This document shows positions 9,468 to 17,499 of a stretch of 39,253 bases of DNA, piece after piece. The translations under genes and the position numbers were made by a program. This DNA is from a virus: the IMG/VR virus record IMGVR_UViG_2920817954_000001, positions 1-39,253 of that record; one strand, given 5' to 3'. The notes beneath the pieces are model-generated. The model did no database searches, was not told the origin of the DNA, and was given only the letters and a program-made list of their open reading frames with translations. Each line of letters opens with the position of its first letter. The stretch's first letter is position 1.

Positions 9468-9866
9468 ATGTTTCGCCTTCTGATGGATGTGGTGTCCGGG
9501 ATATTTGTCGCGGGTGCTATCGCATGGCTGTTTGTGCCTTCAACCTTGTTTGTGAACCCCATCAGCATGACGCTGAAGGGCGATCAGGTCCGCTTTGTCA
9601 GGGAAACGCCATATGGGACGGTGCAAGCCCGCTGGCGCTCAGAGATAACGCTGATCGGTGACGGTTTTGAATGCAACTCCGGGCGGTGGCAGGAGGCCAC
9701 GTATCAGGAAATCAAGGGCAATACGGTGACATACAGGATTGGCGATTGGGCCAATGACTGCCTTGAAGCAGGCCCGCCGTTTTTTCTCCGCACAACCCGC
9801 AAGGTGATTTTGTTCGGCTGGCTTCCTCTACGCCCTGATGTTTCCACAACAGAGGTTTCGGAATGA
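9468..9866 (+). CDS. N-terminally anchored membrane/periplasmic protein
   Basis: The ATG at 9468 lies inside track ORF 9354..9866. TM segment VVSGIFVAGAIAWLFV. ATGA coupling to the endolysin. Confidence 0.5.
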   Translation: MFRLLMDVVSGIFVAGAIAWLFVPSTLFVNPISMTLKGDQVRFVRETPYGTVQARWRSEITLIGDGFECNSGRWQEATYQEIKGNTVTYRIGDWANDCLEAGPPFFLRTTRKVILFGWLPLRPDVSTTEVSE

Positions 9867-10381
9867 CATACGCGCCAGACCATCAGGTAACGCACATTGT
9901 AATCCACTACTCCGCAACGCCTGTGGAGAAGGATTTCACTGTTGCCGACATTGACCGGATGCACCGTAACCGTGGCTTCCGCGAAGTCGGCTATCACTTC
10001 TTTGTCCGCAAGGATGGCACGATTGAAATGGGCCGCGACCTGTCCAAGCCGGGCCGCTTTGAAGTGGGTGCGCACAGCAAGGGTGAGAACCGGCAGAGCA
10101 TTGGGATCTGCTATGAGGGTGGCGTGACTGAGGCCAAGCCCAACGTGGGTTTTGACAGCCGCACACCAGCCCAGACCGCAGCCATGATTGGCCTTATTGA
10201 CAAGATGCAGGAGCGGTTCCCCGGAGCCATTGTTGAGGGGCACAGAGATATGCCTGGCGCTGCTACTCAGTGTCCGGGCTTCAACGCCCGTGCTTGGTGG
10301 GACGGGGTGCTGGCAAAGCGTAACAAACCCTCCCCATGGGCGGGGTTCTTCAAGGCCATTCTGGGGCTGTTTCGGAGGTAA
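9863..10381 (+). CDS. endolysin, N-acetylmuramoyl-L-alanine amidase (Amidase_2/PGRP, T7-lysozyme type)
   Basis: Motifs HYSAT, GYHFFV, GAHSKGEN..SIGICYEGG and GHRDMPGAATQCPGF. Confidence 0.9.
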   Translation: MTYAPDHQVTHIVIHYSATPVEKDFTVADIDRMHRNRGFREVGYHFFVRKDGTIEMGRDLSKPGRFEVGAHSKGENRQSIGICYEGGVTEAKPNVGFDSRTPAQTAAMIGLIDKMQERFPGAIVEGHRDMPGAATQCPGFNARAWWDGVLAKRNKPSPWAGFFKAILGLFRR

Positions 10382-10455
10382 TGGATGCCCGTTGAGGATT
10401 CGAACCTCAGTTTCTGGAGTCAAATTCCAGCGTCCTGCCGCTAGACGAACGGGCA
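10382..10455 (-). tRNA. tRNA-Gln(UUG)
   Basis: 74 nt with encoded CCA. Acceptor TGCCCGT/ACGGGCA, D-stem GTCT/GGAC, anticodon stem CTGGA/TCCAG with loop ATTTGAC, T-arm TGAGG-TTCGAAT-CCTCA. Confidence 0.9.
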
Positions 10456-10458
10456 TTA

Positions 10459-10534
10459 TGGAGATGCAGGCGGGGTTCGAACCCGCATTTTCTGGATTTG
10501 CAATCCAGCGCCATACCATTCGGGCCACTGCATC
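10459..10534 (-). tRNA. tRNA-Cys(GCA)
   Basis: 76 nt with CCA. Acceptor GATGCAG/CTGCATC, anticodon loop TTGCAAA, T-arm GCGGG-TTCGAAC-CCCGC, discriminator U. Confidence 0.88.
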
Positions 10535-10535
10535 G

Positions 10536-10611
10536 TGGCAGCCTAGGCAGGGCTCGAACCTGCGACATACGGATTAACAGTCCGCCGCTCTGCCAACTGA
10601 GCTACTAGGCT
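10536..10611 (-). tRNA. tRNA-Asn(GUU)
   Basis: 76 nt with CCA. Acceptor AGCCTAG/CTAGGCT, D-arm GCTC-AGTTGGCA-GAGC, anticodon loop CTGTTAA, T-arm GCAGG-TTCGAGC-CCTGC. Confidence 0.9.
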
Positions 10612-10612
10612 G

Positions 10613-10687
10613 TGGTGCTTTGGGATGGGATCGAACCACCGTCGCGCGGACCTTCAACCCGCCGCTCTACCTCTGAGCTACCAAAGC
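10613..10687 (-). tRNA. tRNA-Phe(GAA)
   Basis: 75 nt with CCA. Acceptor GCTTTGG/CCAAAGC, D-arm GCTC-AGAGGTA-GAGC, anticodon loop TTGAAGG, T-arm GGTGG-TTCGATC-CCATC, discriminator A. Confidence 0.9.
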
Positions 10688-10838
10688 TTGGTTATCCGGC
10701 GCTAATTTGGAAGTTCTGATGCTGATCAGCGCCACATGGGCGCAGCAACGCGCCCGGGTTACACGGGTTGTTGCGAAAACTGATTACAGATCATGCAGGT
10801 CATAACGCGAACATTAAGGCAAAAAGACAGGAAACGCA

Positions 10839-11048
10839 ATGACACTTGTTAATCAACCAACATCCGCACCGACGCGAAAAATGACCGCTGTTATCGTGGC
10901 GGGCGCTCTCACAGCCATCCTGCAAACCGTCATGGCCAAATACCTACCGGACTTCCCGGCCACTCAGTTCCTGGCTGATTTCGACGTATGGGCGCAGGCA
11001 GTGGTGATGATGGCCTTCGGGTACTTCACGAAAGAGCGCGATGTTTGA
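10839..11048 (+). CDS. putative holin (two TM segments)
   Basis: 69 aa with an AGGAAA RBS. Two hydrophobic helices. Lies immediately upstream of the spanin pair. Confidence 0.55.
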   Translation: MTLVNQPTSAPTRKMTAVIVAGALTAILQTVMAKYLPDFPATQFLADFDVWAQAVVMMAFGYFTKERDV

Positions 11049-11295
11049 CTGGGCTTTGCTGTACGCCGCAGGAGCGGGGCTTCTGGGGGTAATAGCGGCC
11101 TTTCTGGGGACATACCGCATGGGAAGGCGTGAAGGCGCGCTAGGGGCTGAGAAGGATGCCCTCGAAGAGAGCGACGAGAGACAAAAGGATGGCCGTGATG
11201 CTGTTGCGAAAGAACAGGCGGATACTGACGGGCTTTCTGGGGGCGATATTGTTGACCGCCTGCGCAGCCGGGACCGTGATTGGCGCGGGCTGTAA
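11041..11295 (+). CDS. i-spanin (Rz-like)
   Basis: N-terminal TM segment (ALLYAAGAGLLGVIAAFLG) followed by a charged periplasmic domain. Contains the start of the o-spanin gene in another frame. Confidence 0.7.
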   Translation: MFDWALLYAAGAGLLGVIAAFLGTYRMGRREGALGAEKDALEESDERQKDGRDAVAKEQADTDGLSGGDIVDRLRSRDRDWRGL

Positions 11296-11413
11296 CGCCT
11301 ACGCAGAAGAGAGACTTAAACTACCCTCAAATGAAGAACTGATACAAACACCGGAAAGCGTTCTGCGGTGGATAAACGTATTGGACGCACGGATGTTGGC
11401 CGTTTGCCAATAA
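11198..11413 (+). CDS. o-spanin (Rz1-like lipoprotein), overlapped architecture
   Basis: MLLRKNRRILTGFLGAILLTAC carries a lipobox (LLTAC). The gene starts inside the i-spanin gene in another frame and extends past it. Alternative starts at 11156 and 11189. Confidence 0.7.
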   Translation: MLLRKNRRILTGFLGAILLTACAAGTVIGAGCNAYAEERLKLPSNEELIQTPESVLRWINVLDARMLAVCQ

Positions 11414-11431
11414 CCCCGAAAGGGGGCCTCC

Positions 11432-11728
11432 ATGAAGAAGGTACTTTTGACCGCTGCGGCGGTTCTTTTCGCATGCCCGGTTGCGGCACAGAATGCCCGT
11501 AACTGCGGCCCGCGCATTGCGGTGATTGACCGCCTTGCGGACGGATACGGGGAAACCCGGCAGTCAATAGGTCTCGGCGCGAACAACGCCGTGATGGAGC
11601 TTTATGCCTCTCTCGAAACGGGCACCTGGACAATCACAGTCACAACACCGAACGACCTGACGTGCCTTGTCGCATCAGGGCAATCTTTCGAAGCGCTCGC
11701 AGAATCCCCAGCCGGGATAGACGGCTAA
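11432..11728 (+). CDS. secreted/periplasmic protein (signal peptide)
   Basis: Signal peptide MKKVLLTAAAVLFACPVAAQ. GGGGG RBS. 98 aa. Confidence 0.6.
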   Translation: MKKVLLTAAAVLFACPVAAQNARNCGPRIAVIDRLADGYGETRQSIGLGANNAVMELYASLETGTWTITVTTPNDLTCLVASGQSFEALAESPAGIDG

Positions 11729-11744
11729 CCAAGGACAAATAATC

Positions 11745-12800
11745 ATGGCTTTAACACTTGGTCTGGGGCTCGGCCTCCAGGGCGGCTCTATAGGTGTGTC
11801 CGTAGATCTGCCTGACTTTTCCGTGGACACGTCCACTGGCTCCCCTGTCATCACGGTTGAGGGCGGCACGATCACGGTGACAATCTCCGCGCCGTCAATC
11901 TACGCAGGCACCTACAACGTGCCGGTTGCGGATTTCGACTCTGCCGATGCGGTCAATCTGGTTCCGCCCGTATTGGCTGGCGTTGCCGCCGTGGGCGAGG
12001 ATCTGACGATCACACCGGGCCTCTGGCTGTTTGAGGGCACTGAGACCGCCACCACGTACCAGAACGCGCGTGACGGCACGCCTGTGGCTGCTGTGACCTT
12101 CCCGACGTACACGGTGGTTGCCGCCGACGCCGGGACCGATGTGACGGTGATCGAGACCTTCAAAGGTGTGGCTGCGGCAAGCAATGCGCTGAGCATCCCG
12201 TCCCTTGTGTCCGACACATTCACCGGCACCAACGGCACGTTGGCGACCGCGCACGTCGGCGAAAGCGGCGAGGCATGGCTGGAGCTCAACGGCTCCGGGG
12301 CCAGCAACCCGGACACGTCGTTCCTGCGCGATGGCTACATGGTGTCCAACACGACAGCCGGGCGGGCCAGAACGATCCGGGCCGATACCCCTGGCACAGG
12401 GAACCAGCGCGCCGTGGGCGTCGTTGATATGGTCAACCGCGATGTCGGCGTGAGCAACAGCAGTCTGATGATCTGCGTTCAGCCGGACGGTCAGGGATTT
12501 TACGTGCCGCAATACATTGTGGGTGCCAGTGAATGGCGGTTGCGGCGCGTTGAGAACAACTCCACAGCAGCGGAGCTAGGCAGCCACGCAGACACGTTCC
12601 CGGAAGGCGAAAACAGGCGGAAGGAACTGCGTAGGGAAGGCAATGACATTGTGTTCTATCTCGCCGATGTTGAGGTCATCCGTGCCACCGATACCACGTT
12701 CATGACCGGCGGGGCCGGGATCCGCCAGTACGGCGGCGACACCGGCAAGGAAAACATCGGCTTCTGGCTCACCACATTTGCGTGGGAGGCGCTGGCGTAA
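11745..12800 (+). CDS. tail fibre / host-recognition protein
   Basis: 351 aa. Beta-rich Thr/Val/Gly N-terminal half and a lectin-like C-terminal half. Coupled to the tailspike gene (TAATG). Confidence 0.5.
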   Translation: MALTLGLGLGLQGGSIGVSVDLPDFSVDTSTGSPVITVEGGTITVTISAPSIYAGTYNVPVADFDSADAVNLVPPVLAGVAAVGEDLTITPGLWLFEGTETATTYQNARDGTPVAAVTFPTYTVVAADAGTDVTVIETFKGVAAASNALSIPSLVSDTFTGTNGTLATAHVGESGEAWLELNGSGASNPDTSFLRDGYMVSNTTAGRARTIRADTPGTGNQRAVGVVDMVNRDVGVSNSSLMICVQPDGQGFYVPQYIVGASEWRLRRVENNSTAAELGSHADTFPEGENRRKELRREGNDIVFYLADVEVIRATDTTFMTGGAGIRQYGGDTGKENIGFWLTTFAWEALA

Positions 12801-14827
12801 TGGCTGTCAAATCACTCAAATTCGCGGGCCTTCTGTCTCAGGAGTTTTACTCGATGGACGTGTCGAACGGTGGACCCGTTCAGAAGGCCAGAGGCTACGA
12901 GGATGTGGCGCTTGACGCGCCGGGCCTGACAATCGACGTGCACCGCAACACTATCCAGATGGGACCAGAGGGCGTTGTATTTTTCGCGCGCCCGACAGGA
13001 TCACTGGCCGGGCCGGATGCTGCCTTTTTCAACTATGGAGACGGCGGGGTCTATGACCCGAAGTTTCACGGCACGCATATCACATGGAATTTCGGGGATA
13101 CTGTTCGCGGGTTCTATCACGCGCAAAAACTGCCGGACCAGAAGAACAACGCCAACTTCGCGCGCGGGCCACAGGTGGCTCACACCTTTATGCCCGGCAC
13201 CTATACGATCACCTGCACAGCGGTGAACTGGCGGCTTGGCGTTTTTGCCAGCACCACAACAGAAATTACTGTCGGAGATCCGCTCGATCTGCCCGCATCC
13301 AGCATCCATTTTGTCGATCAGGCGGGCGACAACACGAACGCGCCGCCGGGGGCAAACACCTATACCAATCTTGGTCTAGCATACGACGCGTGCGATGGAG
13401 CAACCGGCACGCAGTGGGTAATTCTGAATTGGGGAACAGACTTTAATCCCGGTTCTCGCAATATCCGCGAGGATGTCCCGAACCTGATGGTGACGGGTCC
13501 GCGCACCGGCTCGGGTCCAATGCCGATTTACAGGCTGCCAACAAACGGCACGACAACCAGTGTGGCATCCTTCAATATCGGTCGGCACGGCCAGAACGGG
13601 ATCAAAACGATTGTCCTTGCGGACATTGATTTTCGGGGCGAGTTCGACAGCGCGACCGAAACCGGAAACGAGTGGGGCGAGGTCTTTAAGAACAGCCACA
13701 CCGGCGGCGATTTCCAGGACGATACCCAGCACGTCCTGATGCACAATTGCAAGGTCAGCGGCGGCCATCAGGCTTACGAGGGCGTCACGTGTCAGGACGC
13801 TGGGCGCACCGTCCTGTTCACGGACTGCTTTTTCACCAATTGGGTTAACTTCGCCGTCAGTTGCTTCAATGGATCTGCCGACAAGATCCTGATGGCGGTG
13901 GGCTCCAGTTTTGTCCGCAAGATTGACGCGATTTCTGATGGTGCAAAGGCGGATGACAACGTTATCCACGGGCCTATCCGTACCGGCGGTGTCAAATACG
14001 CCGCATATCTCCAGTGCGAATTCTACACGCGTTCCGGTTGGTCTCTGAGCATCCCGGTAAAGGCAGTGCAACCATGGCTGCGCCACAACACCGGCCAAAT
14101 CGCCAACAGCTTCCTGTCTGTCCAGGACTGCTACTCAGAGGGCGGATACCTCGGTGTCCAGATTACGCCTGACACTAACGGTAAAGCGGTCGCAGCATCG
14201 AACAGCCTGTTTGATGGATGCGTTATGATTGGCGGCCACGGCTTGAAAAGCTTCGTCGGCTTTGCCGCTGGCGGGTTGACCATGAGAAACTGCCTCTTGG
14301 TGCGCTGCAACGCACGGTCTCTGAGCGACGGCGGCGACTTCCGCAGGTTCTGGGACGTGGATAATGAAAGCGGCTCAACCAGCACATCACGCGCCGCGCC
14401 GGTCGAGTTCTATGGCAATACGTGCGTCAACTTCATGGACCCGGCCAATGCATCGTCAGGCACCGCCGAACTGGCTGACCTTGCGCTGCGGGTGAATAAC
14501 TATCCACGGTATCGTCAGGAGGGTAATATTATCCTGCAGCCGAACCAGACAAACCCGAGCGTTGCGGATACGGCGGTTTGCGTTCTGGAAGCGCTCACTG
14601 CTGCTGATGGCGTCAGCGACATCGAGCCCTTTGGCACGCTTGGCTACAAGAACAATGACCTTTCGTATGAAGCCGGTACGGGCACGCCGCTGGACACTGT
14701 GCGCCTGCCGAAGCTCGTGACCGCACAGCGCTATTCCAGCGATCTCAGTTCCGCATGGGATCTGATGGGCAATCCGCGCCCCGACGGGCCTCAGATGATC
14801 GGCTGCTTTGAGGGTGTTGCTGCCTGA
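12800..14827 (+). CDS. tailspike with N-terminal PKD-like domain and right-handed beta-helix (polysaccharide depolymerase-like)
   Basis: PKD signature WNFGD...AHTFMPGTYTITCTAVN. Later segments are spaced Cys/Asn/Gly-rich repeats (NCKVSGG, TDCFFTN, DGCVMIGG, MRNCLLVRCN) typical of beta-helix coils. The ATG at 12800 lies inside track ORF 12782. Confidence 0.65.
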   Translation: MAVKSLKFAGLLSQEFYSMDVSNGGPVQKARGYEDVALDAPGLTIDVHRNTIQMGPEGVVFFARPTGSLAGPDAAFFNYGDGGVYDPKFHGTHITWNFGDTVRGFYHAQKLPDQKNNANFARGPQVAHTFMPGTYTITCTAVNWRLGVFASTTTEITVGDPLDLPASSIHFVDQAGDNTNAPPGANTYTNLGLAYDACDGATGTQWVILNWGTDFNPGSRNIREDVPNLMVTGPRTGSGPMPIYRLPTNGTTTSVASFNIGRHGQNGIKTIVLADIDFRGEFDSATETGNEWGEVFKNSHTGGDFQDDTQHVLMHNCKVSGGHQAYEGVTCQDAGRTVLFTDCFFTNWVNFAVSCFNGSADKILMAVGSSFVRKIDAISDGAKADDNVIHGPIRTGGVKYAAYLQCEFYTRSGWSLSIPVKAVQPWLRHNTGQIANSFLSVQDCYSEGGYLGVQITPDTNGKAVAASNSLFDGCVMIGGHGLKSFVGFAAGGLTMRNCLLVRCNARSLSDGGDFRRFWDVDNESGSTSTSRAAPVEFYGNTCVNFMDPANASSGTAELADLALRVNNYPRYRQEGNIILQPNQTNPSVADTAVCVLEALTAADGVSDIEPFGTLGYKNNDLSYEAGTGTPLDTVRLPKLVTAQRYSSDLSSAWDLMGNPRPDGPQMIGCFEGVAA

Positions 14828-14833
14828 TCAGAC

Positions 14834-15085
14834 TCAGTCATCGACTATGATTGTCCATGGATCACCGGACGCTACCTGACCGACATTGCTGCGTGTAATA
14901 GCACAGCGAACCCCATAGGTTCCGGGCTTTGTAAAGACATGGGCGTTCAGCCGGATCGGAGGCTGCGTGAGGAAAGTATCCGGGGATACACCAAAGTTTC
15001 GCCACCCATGACCATCCGATGCTATGGCCTCTTTCGGCACAACAGCCAGGGTTGCCAGCCCTGCCATAAACTCTCTGCGGTTCAT
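14834..15085 (-). CDS. Tat-exported small PKD-like protein
   Basis: Twin-arginine signal MNRREFMAGLATLAVVPKEAIA. Mature part has WRNFG...NAHVFTKPGTYGVRCAI. GAGGTGG RBS. Confidence 0.7.
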   Translation of the reverse strand: MNRREFMAGLATLAVVPKEAIASDGHGWRNFGVSPDTFLTQPPIRLNAHVFTKPGTYGVRCAITRSNVGQVASGDPWTIIVDD

Positions 15086-15300
15086 TCTGCCACCTCAAGT
15101 GCCGCTGCAATTTCCTTTGCGATAGTGGACCGGACGCATTGGCAGCGCCTGGTAGGAATGCGCCCGTCCGTTTCCCTCACCGGGATTGGCCCCATGCACG
15201 CGCACATGCCGTAGTCCGGGTTTTCTGAAAGCTTGCGGCTCTCCTCGCGCCGGTGTTCCAGAACGGCGTCAATCATCGCATCTGTGACTTTCATGCTCAT
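15082..15300 (-). CDS. hypothetical Cys-containing protein
   Basis: 72 aa, ATGA-coupled at both ends. Confidence 0.55.
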   Translation of the reverse strand: MSMKVTDAMIDAVLEHRREESRKLSENPDYGMCACMGPIPVRETDGRIPTRRCQCVRSTIAKEIAAALEVAE

Positions 15301-15482
15301 TCCCCTTTCCTCATATCCCTGATCATCCTTCGTACATCTTCCACGTCGGAATGGATTTTGTCCAATTTGTCAGCCGCTCTGCGCCGTCTCACCTGATGCA
15401 CAATGAATGCCATAAAACCAGCCGCTGCTGCACCGATAACAACCCCGAAACTGATGCCCAGCACCGTGTTCCAATCGGTCAT
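15297..15482 (-). CDS. small membrane protein
   Basis: 61 aa with one TM segment (LGISFGVVIGAAAAGFMAFIV) and a basic/acidic tail. Confidence 0.55.
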   Translation of the reverse strand: MTDWNTVLGISFGVVIGAAAAGFMAFIVHQVRRRRAADKLDKIHSDVEDVRRMIRDMRKGE

Positions 15483-15658
15483 GCCTTGTAATCCCGCGTG
15501 CGCGCCAGCCGGTTCCGGGCCAGATATGTGCGCCCCCGCCGGTCCATGAACTCATGCAGGACAATGCCTGCACTGTAGCGGTTGACGACATGGCCCGTTG
15601 GTTCGTCGGTAAAGAGAGACAGTATCCGCGTGAGCAAACTATGGTGTTCAGTAGCCAT
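15479..15658 (-). CDS. hypothetical protein (59 aa, below ORF-track cutoff)
   Basis: Translation begins MATEHHSLLTRILSLFTDEPTGHVV. AAGGAA RBS. Stop is ATGA-coupled to the 15482 start. Confidence 0.5.
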   Translation of the reverse strand: MATEHHSLLTRILSLFTDEPTGHVVNRYSAGIVLHEFMDRRGRTYLARNRLARTRDYKA

Positions 15659-15734
15659 CTTGATTCCTTTGCTTTTGAGGTGGTCAGGGCCAGCGCGGAA
15701 GGTCAGATAGTCGCGCTGGTCCGGTGGGGGTTAT

Positions 15735-15953
15735 TCAGGCCGCTTTCGCAGCGGCTAGCGCAGCTTCCAAAAGGGGGCACCAATCGGGTGTCGTAGAGGA
15801 ATAGCTGTTGATGTATTTTCCACTGTGCACAGGGTGATCGCAGTAATGCGTGAAGCCAGTGTCGCTTTGCACTGCGAAATACTCTGACCTGCAAAACTTG
15901 CAGCCATAGCAGTCAGCTGTGATCGTTATTCGTGGCCCGTGGCGGTCGCTCAT
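15735..15953 (-). CDS. Cys-rich (zinc-binding-like) small protein
   Basis: 72 aa with CYGCKFC...HYCDH...WC. Confidence 0.55.
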   Translation of the reverse strand: MSDRHGPRITITADCYGCKFCRSEYFAVQSDTGFTHYCDHPVHSGKYINSYSSTTPDWCPLLEAALAAAKAA

Positions 15954-15957
15954 CCTC

Positions 15958-16161
15958 TCAGTCCTTCTCTGCTATGGCTGCGCGGCCTTTGTCAGTGATG
16001 AAATACCGCATGGCCCCGTTTTCTATCGCGCGGTCAATGAAGCCCCCGTTTTTCAGAGGCTCCAGCGCCGCGCCTAAGCCAGCACCCCAGCCCTTGATCG
16101 TGTCCTGCGGTTCTCCCGCAAACATCCTCAGAACGTCTTTCTCAAAATTACAAAGCGCCAT
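15958..16161 (-). CDS. hypothetical protein (67 aa)
   Basis: Internal ATG of track ORF 15958..16347 with a GAGGAAAGAG RBS. The longer ORF would read through the tRNA gene. Confidence 0.5.
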   Translation of the reverse strand: MALCNFEKDVLRMFAGEPQDTIKGWGAGLGAALEPLKNGGFIDRAIENGAMRYFITDKGRAAIAEKD

Positions 16162-16204
16162 ATCTCTTTCCTCTATGCTGCGGCCCAAAGGAGCCGCTGT
16201 GTGT

Positions 16205-16281
16205 TGGCCCGCGCGGCAGGATTCGAACCTGCAACACCGGGGGTAGAAGCCCCGTGCTCTATCCAGTTGAGCTACGCGCGG
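16205..16281 (-). tRNA. tRNA-Arg(UCU)
   Basis: 77 nt with CCA. Acceptor CCGCGCG/CGCGCGG, D-arm GCTC-AACTGGATA-GAGC, anticodon stem CGGGG/CCCCG with loop CTTCTAC, T-arm GCAGG-TTCGAAT-CCTGC. Confidence 0.88.
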
Positions 16282-16568
16282 TGGGGGGTGGTGGTCTGCG
16301 AAATCGAGTTTATCCGGGACAGCTTCTCCCGAAGCCTTTCGATGCAAAAGCGCGCATCCGTAATGTGCTGCAGCGTCGGCTCCTTATCTCCGACCTCAAC
16401 AAGGCGCAGCAGAGCGACCAGTTCATCCTCATCTGTGCAGCTTTCCGGTAGGGGTTCAGCCAGCACGTAACGGCAAAAGGACCGTCTGCCGCGTGTTCGT
16501 GTAGGCGGATTTTCAAACACATGGTACGGCCCAGCGAACAGTTGTTTGGGCGCGCTATCGTGAAGCAT
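16272..16568 (-). CDS. hypothetical protein (98 aa)
   Basis: The ATG at 16568 has an AAGGAAAGACAG RBS context. The 3' end overlaps the tRNA-Arg 5' end by 10 nt. Confidence 0.5.
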   Translation of the reverse strand: MLHDSAPKQLFAGPYHVFENPPTRTRGRRSFCRYVLAEPLPESCTDEDELVALLRLVEVGDKEPTLQHITDARFCIERLREKLSRINSISQTTTPHRA

Positions 16569-16602
16569 CTGTCTTTCCTTCTGTGTGTTGGCTCGCGTGG
16601 GG

Positions 16603-16854
16603 TTAAACGGCCTCGTAGGTCTCAGCGAAAATATCGGCTTTGCAGGGATAGAACTCGCCAGCCACACCCTTGATGATGAAGTCGCCAATATCGGCGCGCA
16701 TATCGCCTTCACGGGTCGGTATCAGCAGGCTGACAACTTCCCGGCCATCCTTGATCGGTGTCGCGCCGCACCACTCGCACAGGTCTTTGTGACCTTTCCC
16801 GCCAGTGAACAGCCGGGCCTCAATCACAACGGGTTTCTTTCTGTACTTAGCCAT
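16603..16854 (-). CDS. hypothetical phage protein (83 aa, MAKYRKKPVVIEA...)
   Basis: The ATG at 16854 has an AAGGAGAGACAG RBS context. Confidence 0.55.
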   Translation of the reverse strand: MAKYRKKPVVIEARLFTGGKGHKDLCEWCGATPIKDGREVVSLLIPTREGDMRADIGDFIIKGVAGEFYPCKADIFAETYEAV

Positions 16855-17080
16855 CTGTCTCTCCTTTCGGCTTGGTGGGGGTGGCGATCCGCATTCTTCC
16901 GCGCCCCTTGCCCGACGAGCTGTAAAACTCGACATGCCCCTGATCTCGCAATGTGTTCCATGTACTTCTGACGTGCGGGGCTGTTTCACCCATCGCCAGA
17001 GCAATGCCGTTTTTGTCAAAGCAGGCATCGCCGCCGTGGTCGTTCAGCCATTTGAGCGCCTGTTTCTGTGCGTCCGTCAC
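16847..17080 (-). CDS. hypothetical protein, possible winged-helix (77 aa)
   Basis: GTG at 17080 is preceded by GGAG and coupled (GTGA) to the upstream stop. Alternative GTG at 17116. Confidence 0.45.
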   Translation of the reverse strand: MTDAQKQALKWLNDHGGDACFDKNGIALAMGETAPHVRSTWNTLRDQGHVEFYSSSGKGRGRMRIATPTKPKGETDG

Positions 17081-17277
17081 TGGTCGGCTCCTGTGTCTGT
17101 GGACAGAGGGAACCACCAGTGCGTTATCACCGCCTGCGGGTTCGCAAAGGTGCCCTGAACGCCCTCGTTACCAAGCAAGTCGCGCCATGCCCGCCCAGCG
17201 ACATTTGTTTCCTGGGCGATGCGGCACACAGGAACCCATTCCCCGTTTGGGTGTGTTTTCGGCGTGCACTCCGTCAT
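17077..17277 (-). CDS. hypothetical protein (66 aa)
   Basis: The ATG at 17277 is ATGA-coupled with a GGAG RBS. It lies inside track ORF 17077..17454. Confidence 0.5.
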   Translation of the reverse strand: MTECTPKTHPNGEWVPVCRIAQETNVAGRAWRDLLGNEGVQGTFANPQAVITHWWFPLSTDTGADQ

Positions 17278-17462
17278 GTCTCCGACCTCTCTGTGTCTGT
17301 GGGTGGTTCGGCGCACCGCTCGCAGGTTCCTTTCCAAAACTGGACCGGCGAGGGCAGCGGCATACCATCCGACTTTTCGTGCAAGGTGGCCCGCTCGTAT
17401 GGGATGAACCGGGCGCACTTTTCGCACTGCGGTTGAGGGTTGTAGTATCGCCAATGCCGCAT
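17274..17462 (-). CDS. zinc-ribbon small protein (62 aa)
   Basis: The ATG at 17462 has an AAGGAGCGGAG RBS. CEKC...CERC motif. Confidence 0.5.
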   Translation of the reverse strand: MRHWRYYNPQPQCEKCARFIPYERATLHEKSDGMPLPSPVQFWKGTCERCAEPPTDTERSET

Positions 17463-17499
17463 TACTCCGCTCCTTCTGTGTCTGTGGGGGATAGGGCGG

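Noticed and set aside
9704-10528. A 274-aa minus-strand ORF.
   Set aside because: It is antisense to the well-supported amidase gene and reads straight through two tRNA genes.
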